Notes: generated by a model from the letters alone, not told the origin. DNA of 64,000 bases from an uncultured Actinomycetes bacterium (GCA_963767005.1 CAVYCN010000004.1:256001-320000); one strand, 5' to 3'; positions 26,904-37,050 are shown, counted from the first letter of the stretch. A program made the numbers and translations.

Positions 26904-27476
26904 ATGATCACCGCACAGAACCTCCGCGACAGTCGCCTCGCGGCCAAGCGCTCGAAAGACGGCGACCTCGCCGACACCGAGCGCCTCATGGCGCGCCTGG
27001 CCCGCGCCCGCGACAAGCGCGTCCCGTTCTACCTGACCCGCGACGAGTTCCTGGAGATCTGCCGCTGGAGACTGGGCGAGCAGTACGCGCGCTCGTCGCA
27101 CGCGCTCGAAGCGAGCTCTGCCAAGCGAGTGAAGCGCATCACCGAGCTGGCCTTCGCCGTCAAGGATCGCGACCCTGACTTCGAGCTGGATGCACGACTT
27201 TCCATCCTGCGCCTGCTGCCCGGCGTCGGCCTGGGCGTCGCCTCGACGGTCCTGGGCCTGTGCTATCCGAAACGCTTCGCGGCGCTTCACGCCAAGGTCT
27301 GGGGCGCCGTCTTCGGTGAGGGGCGAGACGGTCTCGACGCGGCCGACTATCGTCGCTATCTCGCCCGCATCCGCGAGCTCGAGGGCGAGGTCAGAGCGAT
27401 CGACGCCAAGGGTCACTGGTGCGTCCAGCTCGTGGCCTACCACGCTGGCCATCAGGGGGACGCGGCCGCCGACTGA
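26904..27476 (+). CDS. Hypothetical protein with HhH-like motif (HhH-GPD-like)
   Basis: LTRDEFLEICRW; LLPGVGLGVASTVL; GGGAGG RBS. Confidence 0.6.
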   Translation: MITAQNLRDSRLAAKRSKDGDLADTERLMARLARARDKRVPFYLTRDEFLEICRWRLGEQYARSSHALEASSAKRVKRITELAFAVKDRDPDFELDARLSILRLLPGVGLGVASTVLGLCYPKRFAALHAKVWGAVFGEGRDGLDAADYRRYLARIRELEGEVRAIDAKGHWCVQLVAYHAGHQGDAAAD

Positions 27477-27560
27477 GCGGAGCGTGCCGGCAGTCGCAGG
27501 GCGTCGCACGCGAGGCTCTTCACCCCCTTCCCGGCCTGCATCCGCCGCAGCAGGCGACCG

Positions 27561-27836
27561 TCATCCGTCAGTCTGCGGGGGAACGTCGCCTTGCGCCTGC
27601 GTCCGCGGGGAAGGGTCGTGCTCGGTCTCGTCGGAACCCTGCGGCCAGGCGTCGATCTGGCGCATGGCCTCGGCGCGAAACTCGGCACGAAACGTCGCGA
27701 ACGGATCGCGGCGCAGAGCTTCGAGCTGATGCTGCGCCGCTTCGAAGTCGCGTCGCCACAGGGCGGCCTCTGCTGCGCTGCGGCCGGCCTCGGCCTCCCA
27801 GTAGTCGCATATCTTCTTCAGCATCCGCTTCTTCAC
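27561..27836 (-). CDS. Hypothetical protein
   Basis: GAGG RBS before the GTG; helical, charged sequence. Confidence 0.4.
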   Translation of the reverse strand: MKKRMLKKICDYWEAEAGRSAAEAALWRRDFEAAQHQLEALRRDPFATFRAEFRAEAMRQIDAWPQGSDETEHDPSPRTQAQGDVPPQTDG

Positions 27837-27978
27837 GGGAGCCTCACGACACACCCGGCAACCAGGGACGAAGCGACCAGACGATCTCGCCCCGTGGCGG
27901 AGCCTGAGGCCTGCGCCCGCTCGGGCCCGGCACCTATCTCCTTCTGTGCCAGACGCGCCGGGCGACTCGCGCGATCTC

Positions 27979-28368
27979 TCAGGCGGCGTGCCGGCCGCCG
28001 ATGAGCGCCTCGGCCTGGCGGAAGAGCTCCACCGTCGCGTACCGCCGGCCCGCTCTGCTGGCCGTCTCGCCGGCCGCGTCGAGCAGCGAGCACTCAGCGG
28101 CGCAGCGCGTCGCATCGAACCGGTTGACGTCGACGTAATCGACCAGGTCGACGGCATCTTCCGCTCGGCTGACTCCCATCTGGCGCAGGCTCAGCACAAC
28201 GGTGCCGCCGCGCCGGCCGCTGCGGTCAAGCCGTCGAGGCGGCACGGTCAGCACCGTGAAGCGAAAAGCAGTGCCGGCGAACTCGTACACCGCTTCTCCA
28301 TCCGCCCGGGCGAGCTCAGCAAGATCGTCGTCGCTCAGCGGTCGGCCGTCCTGGTGCCACTGCGTCAT
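27979..28368 (-). CDS. Hypothetical protein
   Basis: GGGGGA RBS before the ATG; plausible globular composition. Confidence 0.5.
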   Translation of the reverse strand: MTQWHQDGRPLSDDDLAELARADGEAVYEFAGTAFRFTVLTVPPRRLDRSGRRGGTVVLSLRQMGVSRAEDAVDLVDYVDVNRFDATRCAAECSLLDAAGETASRAGRRYATVELFRQAEALIGGRHAA

Positions 28369-28628
28369 GGTCCCCCCTGGATCGCGATGGCTGCCCGTGT
28401 GCCACTGTGCGAGCGGCCGTTTGCAGGCCAAGGAAACCTACCACCGACGGCGGGCTTCATCACGCCGTTTGACGGCTGCCGACTTGCCGGAGCACCAGGC
28501 GGCGAGGGCCGCCCCGTGCCTTGAGGCATCGACTACCTTCGCCTGTGAGAATCGCGTGAGTGTCGAGCGAGGGGGATCGGTGCATGGGCTCGGTCGTGCG
28601 GGAGAGCCGCGCTGTGCCCAGCGCACCC

Positions 28629-29027
28629 CTAGTCGGCGACTGCGGGCTTGACCGCTTTCTCCGCCCGCTCCAGGAGCTCCTTCAGCAGGCTGCGGCAGCC
28701 CTCTCGACGGAGCGCGTCCATCTTGTCTTGCAGCTCAGCGTCGGCGACCAGGATCCGGCTGGCCTTGAACGACAGGTCGTTGCGCGTCGCGTGAAGACCA
28801 GGGATGCCGTCGGAATCAGCCATGTCTACCACGCGCCACGCGCCGGTCAGCGCCGCGTCGAGGCGCAGACCATTGCGGTAGGATGCCTCCTCGAACTTGA
28901 GCTTGAAGACGGCGCCCTCGAAGCGCAGCACGAAAGGACCGCGGCCGGCCATGGCTTGACTGAGCTTGCCGAGCTCTTGCGGCTCACCCACGTCGTAGTG
29001 CTTGCCCTTGCGCGCCCAGACGCCCAT
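28629..29027 (-). CDS. Hypothetical protein
   Basis: AAGGGGG RBS; coding-like composition. Confidence 0.55.
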   Translation of the reverse strand: MGVWARKGKHYDVGEPQELGKLSQAMAGRGPFVLRFEGAVFKLKFEEASYRNGLRLDAALTGAWRVVDMADSDGIPGLHATRNDLSFKASRILVADAELQDKMDALRREGCRSLLKELLERAEKAVKPAVAD

Positions 29028-29048
29028 GCTGCCCCCTTGATCGATGTC

Positions 29049-31715
29049 TCATCCTAGCCTGTCGATCCCGACAGTGCCCTCACGGACTCGATCGATCGAC
29101 CCCCGCGGCGGAGTGGCCGACGAGCGCGTGTCCGCGGCCAGGCGCAGGCGCAGGCCGTTGCCGATGACGGCGAGCGACGTGCCCATGTCGGCGAAGACGG
29201 CCATCCAGAGCGTGACGAGGCCGAGCGGCGCCAGGGCGAGGAACACCGCCTTGACGGCGATCGCCAGAACGATGTTCTCGCGGATGACGCGGGTGGTCCT
29301 GCGCGACAGGCGCACGGTCGCGGCGAGGGCGGCGAGGTCGTCGGTCATAAGGGCGATGTCGGCGGTCTCGAGGGCGGCGTCGCTGCCGGCGGCGCCCATG
29401 GCGACCCCGACCGTGGCCGCGGCGAGCGCCGGCGCGTCGTTCACGCCGTCGCCGACCATGGCCACCCCGCCGTAGCGCTCGGCGAGCTGCCGGACCGCCG
29501 CGACCTTCTCTTCGGGCAGGAGACCGGCGCGCACCTCGTCGATGCCGGCGTCGCGGCCGATCGTCGCGGCCGTCGCCTGGTTGTCGCCGGTGAGCAGGGC
29601 GATGTGACGCACGCCCCCGCGTCGCAGCGCCGCCAGGGCCTCGCGGGCGAAGGGCCGCAGGCCGTCGGCGACCGCGATCAGCCCGTCGACGCGCTCGGGC
29701 GTGCCGACCACGACCACGGTCTTGCCCTCGAGCTCGAGACGGCTGAGCTCGGCCGCGAACAGACCGTCGAAGGCCGTCTCCGCGCGCCCCTGGCCGTCGA
29801 ACAGCTCGGGCTTGCCTACGAGCACCGTCTCACCGTCGATGTCGCCGCGCACGCCCCGACCGGCGATGGCGCGAAAGCGCGTGACGGCCGGGTCGTCGGC
29901 GGGACCGCAGTGCCCGCAGGCGCAGGCGTCGCCGTCCCCGTGACCGCCGTTCTCGTGCTCCGCGCCGCGCTCGGCGCCGCAGCAGTCCGCGGTCGCGTGG
30001 TCGTGGTCCTCGTGGCCCCCGGCTTCGGCTTCGAGCCGCTCGGCCTCGGCGACGATAGCCTGCGCCAGGGGGTGCTCGCTCCAGCGCTCGACGGCGGCCG
30101 CGCGCGCCAGGACGAGCGCGCCGCCGTCGCCGTTCAGCGAGACGACGTCGGTGACCCGCGGGACGCCGGTCGTGAGCGTGCCCGTCTTGTCAAAGGCGAT
30201 CGCGCGCAGCGAACCGGCGCGCTCGAGGAAGACGCCGCCCTTCACGAGCACGCCGCGCCGCGTCGCGGCGCCGAGCGCGGCGAGGAAGCTGACCGGTGTG
30301 GAGATCACGAGCGCGCAGGGACACGAGATGATGAGCAGCGCGAGGCCGCGGTAGAACCAAGTGGAGAAGGCCTGTCCGGCGAGGAGCGGCGGCAGCACCG
30401 CGACCGCGGCCGCGGCCGCCACCACGACCGGCGTGTAACGCGCCGCGAAGCGGTCGATCGTGGTCTGCAGCGGCGCTCGCTGGGCCTGAGCCTCCTCGAC
30501 TAAGTGGATGATCTTGGCGATCGTGTTGTCGGAGGCGCCGGTCGTGGCCTGCACGGTCAGAGCGCCGCCCTGCACGATGGAGCCGGCGAACACCTCGTCG
30601 CCGGGCGCCTTGCCGAGCGGCATCGACTCGCCGGTGACCGGCGACTGGTCGACACCCGCCTGGCCGTCGGTGACGATCCCGTCGACCGGCAGGCGCTCGC
30701 CGGGGAGCACACGGACGAGGTCGCCCGGGCGCACGGCGTCGGCCGGCACGGTGTGGCTGTGGTCGCCGTCGACGATCCGCGCCTCGGGCGGCGTCAGCTC
30801 GGCGAGGCCGCGCACGGCCCGCCGCGTGCGCTCCATGCTGAACGCCTGCAGCAGGTTGCCGAGCGCGAACAGAAAGACGACGAGGCCGGCCTCGCTCCAC
30901 TGCCCGATCGCCGCGGCGCCGATCGCCGCGATCGTCATGAGGACGTTCATATCGACGGAGCGTGCACGCAGCGAATACCAGGCGGCGCGGGCCGTCAGGC
31001 AGCCGCCGGCGACCATGGCCGCGGCGAACAGGAACGGCGCGAGGGCGGGCGCGGCAGCCTCGGCGGCGAAGCCGCCGGCCACCGCCGCGCCCGACACGGC
31101 GGTGAGCAGCGCCCTGGCGTCGGCGAGCGGCGCGCGCCCGGCGCCCGCCGGGCGCGCGCCGCTCGCCGCGGCTGCTGCCCCGTCGCGCTGCGCGGCTCGC
31201 GCCGCGCGTCCCTCGAGGGTGTCGTAGCCCAGACGGCGCACCCGGTCGAGCACGTCGTCGAAGGCGATCTCCTGGGGGTCGAAGACGACCTTGAGCGTCG
31301 CGGCGCCGAAGTTCGTGTTGGCGCTGACCACGCCGCCCGTGTGGCGCAGCGCGCCTTCGAGCTTGAGGGCGCAGTCGGCGCAATCGAGGCCGGTGACGTG
31401 CGCGAGGCGCTGCTCGTAGCGGTCGGCGCCGGCGGGGTCGAGGACGAGCTCGCAGCCGCACTCCCCGTGGGCGTTGCGCGGGCAGTGCGCGGCGCAATGG
31501 GCGGCCGCCCCGATGCGGCGCGCGGTGCGCGAGAGATCGTCGTAGGTCAGCAGGTCGTTGTCGAAGCTCACGTGGAGCAGGCCGCGCGGCACGTCGGGGG
31601 TCACCTCGCGCACCCCGCGCAGGTGACGCAGCCCGTCGCCGAACTCGCGCACGCACTCGCCGCACTCGGCGCCGCGCGGCAGCACGACCGGCAGGTCGAG
31701 CGCCGCGGTGGTCAC
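29049..31715 (-). CDS. Heavy-metal (Zn/Cd-type) P1B ATPase
   Basis: CGEC and GLDCADC metal-binding domains; TGES, ISCPCAL, DKTGT, SEHPLA, MVGDGVNDAP. Confidence 0.95.
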   Translation of the reverse strand: MTTAALDLPVVLPRGAECGECVREFGDGLRHLRGVREVTPDVPRGLLHVSFDNDLLTYDDLSRTARRIGAAAHCAAHCPRNAHGECGCELVLDPAGADRYEQRLAHVTGLDCADCALKLEGALRHTGGVVSANTNFGAATLKVVFDPQEIAFDDVLDRVRRLGYDTLEGRAARAAQRDGAAAAASGARPAGAGRAPLADARALLTAVSGAAVAGGFAAEAAAPALAPFLFAAAMVAGGCLTARAAWYSLRARSVDMNVLMTIAAIGAAAIGQWSEAGLVVFLFALGNLLQAFSMERTRRAVRGLAELTPPEARIVDGDHSHTVPADAVRPGDLVRVLPGERLPVDGIVTDGQAGVDQSPVTGESMPLGKAPGDEVFAGSIVQGGALTVQATTGASDNTIAKIIHLVEEAQAQRAPLQTTIDRFAARYTPVVVAAAAAVAVLPPLLAGQAFSTWFYRGLALLIISCPCALVISTPVSFLAALGAATRRGVLVKGGVFLERAGSLRAIAFDKTGTLTTGVPRVTDVVSLNGDGGALVLARAAAVERWSEHPLAQAIVAEAERLEAEAGGHEDHDHATADCCGAERGAEHENGGHGDGDACACGHCGPADDPAVTRFRAIAGRGVRGDIDGETVLVGKPELFDGQGRAETAFDGLFAAELSRLELEGKTVVVVGTPERVDGLIAVADGLRPFAREALAALRRGGVRHIALLTGDNQATAATIGRDAGIDEVRAGLLPEEKVAAVRQLAERYGGVAMVGDGVNDAPALAAATVGVAMGAAGSDAALETADIALMTDDLAALAATVRLSRRTTRVIRENIVLAIAVKAVFLALAPLGLVTLWMAVFADMGTSLAVIGNGLRLRLAADTRSSATPPRGSIDRVREGTVGIDRLG

Positions 31716-32059
31716 CGGTCGCCTCCGCCGTCGACCGCGGCCGGCGCGGCTCCGTGGCGCACGTGCTCGAGGGTCATGTCGAGCAGCAGGCGGATGTGCT
31801 CATCGTCGGGGGCGTAGAAGACTTGCTTGCCCTCGCGGCGGTGACGCACGAGGCCGTGCGCGCGGAGCACGGAGAGATGGTGCGAGACGTTCGACTCGCT
31901 CATCTCGAGGCGCGCCGCGAGGTCGCCGACGCAGACCTCGTCGGCGCGCAGCAGCGCGTAGACGAGGCGGCAGCGGCTGGCGTCGGCGAGCACCCGGAAC
32001 AGGGTCGCCACGCGAGCGGCGTCGACCTCGTCGACCGCCTGCGGCGCGCCGCGCTCCAC
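31712..32059 (-). CDS. ArsR/SmtB metalloregulator
   Basis: FRVLADASR, EVCVGDLA, SNVSHHLSVLR, DDEHI...H; GAGGAG RBS. Confidence 0.92.
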   Translation of the reverse strand: MERGAPQAVDEVDAARVATLFRVLADASRCRLVYALLRADEVCVGDLAARLEMSESNVSHHLSVLRAHGLVRHRREGKQVFYAPDDEHIRLLLDMTLEHVRHGAAPAAVDGGGDR

Positions 32060-32081
32060 GTCGGTCTCCTCTCGTCTGAAC

Positions 32082-32101
32082 ACATGAACAACTGTTCATA
32101 T
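32082..32101. promoter_or_regulatory. SmtB/CzrA-type operator
   Basis: ATGAACA-AC-TGTTCAT inverted repeat next to a TATCAT -10 on the minus strand. Confidence 0.85.
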
Positions 32102-32226
32102 GATACCGGCGACAGGGGGGGTGCGCAACCGTCGACGGAGCCCCGTCACTGCTTTCGTACGGCAATCGGGTAGAGTCAGGCCGCACGAGTCGCCGCCTGA
32201 GGAGGAGCGGTCTGAAGCGCGGTTTC

Positions 32227-33459
32227 TTGTCCGACCTGTTCTCTCGCGAGCTGCTGCGTTACCTGGGGCCGGGGTTCATCGTCACGATCGGCTTCATCGA
32301 TCCCGGCAACTGGGCGACCAACTTGGCCGGCGGCAGCCAGTTCGGCTACGCCCTGCTCTGGGTCATCACGCTCAGCACGCTGATGCTGATCTTCCTGCAG
32401 CACGTCGCCGCGCGCCTCGGCATCGTGACCGGCGCCTCGCTCGCGGCCAACGTGCGCCGGCGCTTCTCGCGACCGCTCGTGCTGCTCTTCGGGCTTACGA
32501 TGGTGCCGGCCCTGGTCGCGACGAGCCTCGCCGAGATCCTGGGCGGCGCGCTCGGCTTTCAGATCCTCTTTCACCTGCCGCTCGCCGCCGGAGCGCCGCT
32601 CACGTTCGCGCTCGTGTGGGTCGCGATCGTCGGGCAGCGCTACGACCAGCTCGAGCGGCTGATCATCGTCTTTCTCGCGTTCATCGCCGGCGCCTACATC
32701 GTCGAGCTCTTCATCGTGCGGCCTGACATGGCGGCGGCGGCGCCGCGCTGGATCGTGCCGGCCTTCCCGGCCGGCAGTATCGTGGTGGCGATGGGCATGC
32801 TCGGCGCGATCGTCATGCCGCACAACATCTACCTGCACTCCAACACGATCCAGTCGCGCGAGTGGGACTTCGGGGGCGCCGACCAGACGCGGCTCATGCG
32901 CTTCGAGCTGATCGACACGTCGCTGTCGATGGGCATGGGCTGGCTCGTGAACTCGGCGATGATCCTGGTGGCGGCCGCCGTGTTCTTCAGGCACGGCGTC
33001 ATGGTGACGAGCATCACCCAGGCCTCGGCCACGCTACGACCCCTGGTCGGCCCGGCCGCGCAGCTGCTCTTCGGCCTGGCCCTCCTGGTCGCCGGCCTGT
33101 CGTCGTCGATCACCTCGTCGCTCGCGACGGCCAACGTGATCACCGGCTATCTGGGCCGCCCCGAGGACCCGCACAGCCGCCTGTACCGGGTCGGCATGAT
33201 CGTCGTGGCCGCCCCGGCCGTCTTGCTCATCATGATCGGCCTGAACGCCTACCGGGCGCTCATCCTGAGCCAGGTCGTGCTCAGCCTGCAGCTCCCGCTC
33301 ACGATCGTGCCGCTGCTGCTGCTGATCCGCCGGCGCGACGTGATGGGCGACATGCGCGCCGGCAGGACGACCATGGTGTCGGGCTGGACGGTGGCGGCTA
33401 TCATCATCGGGCTGAACGTGTTCCTGCTCTACCAGACCTTCATTCCGAAAGGCCTCTGA
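32227..33459 (+). CDS. NRAMP family divalent metal transporter
   Basis: FIDPGNWATN, MPHNIYLHS, LILSQVVLS. Confidence 0.95.
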   Translation: MSDLFSRELLRYLGPGFIVTIGFIDPGNWATNLAGGSQFGYALLWVITLSTLMLIFLQHVAARLGIVTGASLAANVRRRFSRPLVLLFGLTMVPALVATSLAEILGGALGFQILFHLPLAAGAPLTFALVWVAIVGQRYDQLERLIIVFLAFIAGAYIVELFIVRPDMAAAAPRWIVPAFPAGSIVVAMGMLGAIVMPHNIYLHSNTIQSREWDFGGADQTRLMRFELIDTSLSMGMGWLVNSAMILVAAAVFFRHGVMVTSITQASATLRPLVGPAAQLLFGLALLVAGLSSSITSSLATANVITGYLGRPEDPHSRLYRVGMIVVAAPAVLLIMIGLNAYRALILSQVVLSLQLPLTIVPLLLLIRRRDVMGDMRAGRTTMVSGWTVAAIIIGLNVFLLYQTFIPKGL

Positions 33460-33460
33460 G

Positions 33461-33946
33461 ATGACCTACTTCCGTCGGATCCTCGTCACGCTCGACGGCT
33501 CGCCGGTCGACGACGCCGTGCTCGCGCACGTGGCTCAGCTCGCCGAGGCCTTCCACTCCGAGGTCGTCCTGTTGCGCGTGGCCCACTTTCACACGCGCGA
33601 CACCATGACCCATGAGGTCGAGGACGCCCAGAGCGTGCTCGACGGCGCCGCCCCCCGCCTCGAGGGCAGAGGCTTTACGGTGCGCACAGTCGTGGGGCGC
33701 GGCGAGCCGGTCGACGACACGGTCGAGCAGGCCGAGAAGCTCGGCTGCGACCTGATCGCGATCGGCACACACGGCCACGGCACGCTCAAACGCGCGGTGC
33801 TGGGCAGCTTCGCCGAGAAGGTGCGCCACGCCACCGACGTGCCGCTCCTGCTCGTGAAGGCGCGCGCGACGGCCGACGGCGCGGCCGACGAGCCGGCGGG
33901 CGCCGAGGACGGCGCGGCCGACGGGCCGGCGGCGGACGGGGCGTGA
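33461..33946 (+). CDS. Universal stress protein
   Basis: RILVTLDGS, LIAIGTHGH...VLGS. Confidence 0.9.
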   Translation: MTYFRRILVTLDGSPVDDAVLAHVAQLAEAFHSEVVLLRVAHFHTRDTMTHEVEDAQSVLDGAAPRLEGRGFTVRTVVGRGEPVDDTVEQAEKLGCDLIAIGTHGHGTLKRAVLGSFAEKVRHATDVPLLLVKARATADGAADEPAGAEDGAADGPAADGA

Positions 33947-34650
33947 GCGGGCCGGCTGTGAGCGACCGGCGCCTCGTGCTGTTCGACGTCGACTGCACGA
34001 TGGTCGACACGCACGGCGCCGGCGGGCGCGCCATGTTCCGCGCCATGGCCGACGTCTACGGCGTGCGCGGCGAGCTCGATGGTTACAGCTTCCACGGCCG
34101 CACCGACCCCGCCATCATCGTCGACCTGGCTACGCGCTGGGGCGCCCCCGAGCCGGCCGTGCGCGAGGGTCTCGCCGCCTGCCTCGAGCGCTACGTCGTC
34201 TGCCTGCGCGAGGAGTTGCGCGCCGGCGACGTCGAGGTGCTGCCCGGCGTGCGCGAGCTCGTCATGACCCTGTCGCGGCACCCCCAGGTGCTGCTCGGTG
34301 TGCTGACCGGCAACGTCGACGATGGCCTCGAGCAGAAGCTGGCGCCGACCGGCCTGCTGCCGCTGCTCGAGGTGCGGGCCACCGGCTCCGACTCGGCCCT
34401 GCGGCCCGAGCTTGCGGCGATCGCCGTCGAGCGCGCCGGCCACCTCCGAGGCCACCGCTACACGGGCAAGGAGATCGTGGTGATCGGCGACACGCCGGCC
34501 GACATCCTCTGCGGCGCCGACCTGGGGGTGCGGACGATCGCCGTCGCGACCGGTCGCCACACGGTCGCCGAGCTCGCCGAGCACGCACCCGATCAGGTGT
34601 TCGCCGACCTCTCCGACTGGCGCGCGGCGCTCGCAGCGATCGTCGGCTGA
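33943..34650 (+). CDS. HAD family hydrolase (phosphoglycolate phosphatase-like)
   Basis: LFDVDCTM, GRTD, LTGN, VIGDTPAD. Confidence 0.9.
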   Translation: MSGPAVSDRRLVLFDVDCTMVDTHGAGGRAMFRAMADVYGVRGELDGYSFHGRTDPAIIVDLATRWGAPEPAVREGLAACLERYVVCLREELRAGDVEVLPGVRELVMTLSRHPQVLLGVLTGNVDDGLEQKLAPTGLLPLLEVRATGSDSALRPELAAIAVERAGHLRGHRYTGKEIVVIGDTPADILCGADLGVRTIAVATGRHTVAELAEHAPDQVFADLSDWRAALAAIVG

Positions 34651-34756
34651 AGAGCTCGACGGTGCGGGCCGCCCCTGCTGGCAGAGGCGGCCCGCGTGAC
34701 GCCGGGAGGCGGAGACCGGGCAGGGCGGTCCGGGCAGGCGCTCCCGGCGGATGTGG

Positions 34757-34790
34757 CCCGCGGGCGGGCGCGGATGCGCCCGCCCGCGGG
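34757..34790. terminator. 15-bp hairpin between convergent genes
   Basis: cccgcgggcgggcgc-ggat-gcgcccgcccgcggg. Confidence 0.6.
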
Positions 34791-34817
34791 GCTCTCGTCA
34801 AAGGCGCGAGTCGTCGA

Positions 34818-36698
34818 TCAGTCGGCGTTCCGCGCGACGGCGAAGGCGCCCGTGTGGTCGACGACCGCCCACGCGGTGTGCGTGGCGGGGTCGACGCCGT
34901 AGGCGCCGAGGCCGTAGCCCGCCTCCCAGGGGCCGACGACGGACTTGGGCGTGCCGCCCGCGTTCGCGTCGACGGCCTTCACCCAGCGGCCGCTCGCGTC
35001 CATCGCCACGAGCGTGAGGTCGTGGCCGTGGCAGCCGCGGTAGCTCAGCGAGAGCGCATAGGTGTCGCTCTTCGAGGCGCCCACGTCGGACAGGCCCCAG
35101 AGCGTGAAGACGTTGCTCGCGAGAACGTCGCGCGAAGTGTCGCAGCTCCAGCCGGTGGTGACGTCCTTGGTGAAGGCACGACCTTCGGAGTCGGTGGCCG
35201 TGCTCGTGTTCGTGCCGCCGAGGATCTGGGCCGTCGTGCCGCCGAAGCTGTCCTTGACCGTCGTGTACGGCTTGCCCTCTGGCACGAAGAACTCCTTGCC
35301 CTTCAGGCCGTAGCCGAACGACTCTTCCTTCACGAAGTTGAGGTAGGGCGTGCTCGCGATGGTGTACTCGCTGTGGTTGCTCGCCAGGGTCGGGTTGCTC
35401 ACCGGCGCAGCGTAGTAGTCGACCGTGACGTTGGCGCCGTCGACCGTGACGATGTAGTAGCCGACCTTGTTCAGGTCCTGGGCGATCGGCGTCTCACGGG
35501 TGTTGCCGGTGAAGGGCTGGCCCGCGCCGGTCAGCCCCTGGGCCTTCGCCAGGGCGACATCGAACAGGTAGTCGTTGGTCTGCGTGGGATCGGCCTTGGT
35601 CAGGTAGGGCGTGCCGTCCGTCACCGTGGCCGAGCTGCCGCTGCCCGTGATCGTCTGTGTGGGTGCGCCGATCTCGCCGTAGGGCAGGTAGTACTTCGAG
35701 GCGTCGGACTGGCAGACGATGTCCTGGACGCTCGACTTGCCGTCGGGGCTCGTGTCGACGGCGCGGTTGTACATGTGGTCGTGGCCGCCGATGTAGTAGT
35801 GCACGCCGGCCTTCTGCAGGTCGCTGATGAAGGTGTCCTGCAGGGCGGGCTGCTGCAGCGGGTTGGCGCCGAACAGGTCGTCCTGGTGGCTCTGGGTGAT
35901 GATCCCCTTGTGGGCGAAGACGAAAGCCTGGGTGCCAGCCGGGCGGCTGGTGAGCTCGCTGTTCATCCAGTTCACGTCGTCGGCCGTCAGGGCTTCGTGA
36001 GCCGGCACGGTCGTGTCGGGGCTCGTGAACTGATCGACGAAGACCAGGCGGGCGTTGCGGTAGTCGACCGCATAGTCGAGGCCGGCGAAGCCCTTGGGGG
36101 CCGCGTTGGTCACGACCGCGCCGCACTCGAAGGGCTCGCTCAGCACAGACGCGAACGGCTGCAGGGGATCGTTGCCGGTGGGGTTGAAGGCGCTCGACGG
36201 CGTGGTGCTCATGACCCCCGTCTGCGTCTGTGGATAGTTGGCCACGAGGGCGGCGCCCTGGCCGTCGTCGTGGTTGCCGCTCACGGGGTAGAAGCCGATG
36301 CCGGCGTTGTAGAGATCCTGCGCGAAGGCGGCGCGGGCAGCCTCATTGGCGGCCGAGCCGGTGTCGACGAGGTCGCCGACCTCGACCACGAACTTGACGT
36401 TCTTCTGGATGAACTGGTTGTCGAGCTGGCGGGCGATGTCGACCGAGCAGGTGAACGGGTTGCGGCCGTCGTCGGCCACTGTCCACTGCGTGTCGGCCTC
36501 GATGCCGAACGACCAGGCTTTGCTCGAGCGAACGTAGCTCGAGTCGGCGCACTTGAGATGCGTGGGCAGCACGCCGCGGCCGAACGGCTGCACCGACGCT
36601 GCGGCGCCCGCCGGCGAGCCGGCCAGAGCGACCAGACCGGCGCTCGCCATCACGGCGACGCCCGCGAGCAGCGCCGTCGCCTTTGCCATCCTCTTCAC
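34818..36698 (-). CDS. Secreted calcineurin-like metallophosphoesterase
   Basis: Signal peptide; ADTQW, VGDLVD, GNHD, FAHK, GGHDH. Confidence 0.88.
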   Translation of the reverse strand: MKRMAKATALLAGVAVMASAGLVALAGSPAGAAASVQPFGRGVLPTHLKCADSSYVRSSKAWSFGIEADTQWTVADDGRNPFTCSVDIARQLDNQFIQKNVKFVVEVGDLVDTGSAANEAARAAFAQDLYNAGIGFYPVSGNHDDGQGAALVANYPQTQTGVMSTTPSSAFNPTGNDPLQPFASVLSEPFECGAVVTNAAPKGFAGLDYAVDYRNARLVFVDQFTSPDTTVPAHEALTADDVNWMNSELTSRPAGTQAFVFAHKGIITQSHQDDLFGANPLQQPALQDTFISDLQKAGVHYYIGGHDHMYNRAVDTSPDGKSSVQDIVCQSDASKYYLPYGEIGAPTQTITGSGSSATVTDGTPYLTKADPTQTNDYLFDVALAKAQGLTGAGQPFTGNTRETPIAQDLNKVGYYIVTVDGANVTVDYYAAPVSNPTLASNHSEYTIASTPYLNFVKEESFGYGLKGKEFFVPEGKPYTTVKDSFGGTTAQILGGTNTSTATDSEGRAFTKDVTTGWSCDTSRDVLASNVFTLWGLSDVGASKSDTYALSLSYRGCHGHDLTLVAMDASGRWVKAVDANAGGTPKSVVGPWEAGYGLGAYGVDPATHTAWAVVDHTGAFAVARNAD

Positions 36699-36903
36699 GG
36701 TTCCCTCCCGAGTCACTTGCAGGGCTTGCGGCATGAGCGGTCGGCCTGCGCGCCGGCGACGCGCGCACCCCCCTCCTTTCGCTCGCACCGGCTCCTCTTG
36801 CCGGAGCCGGGTCTCGCGTCGCGACGCGGCGACCGGGCGTCTCCCACCCGGCTCGTCGCGCACGCCCGCAGGGCGACCAGCGAGGCAAGGCTAGAGGGCG
36901 GCC

Positions 36904-36953
36904 GCGAGCTTTCGATGAGGGTCGGGGAAGGTTGGCGTTACGCCGTGGTTGCG
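36904..36953 (-). promoter_or_regulatory. Degenerate PHO-box-like 11-nt repeats
   Basis: Minus-strand CGCAAC/CGTAAC/CCTTCC/CCTCAT/GCTCGC at 11-nt period. Confidence 0.4.
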
Positions 36954-37050
36954 ACCGCCGCTCCTGTCGCCGCCCCCGTCGCTTCGCCAGTTCGGGCGGT
37001 GCGAGCATGCAGTGAGCAGGTCGTTGCGGCGTCGCCGCCGCGATGCTCAC

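Noticed and set aside
33871-33945. Short duplicated DGAAD.PA segment in the USP tail
   Set aside because: Low-complexity coding duplication, not an array.
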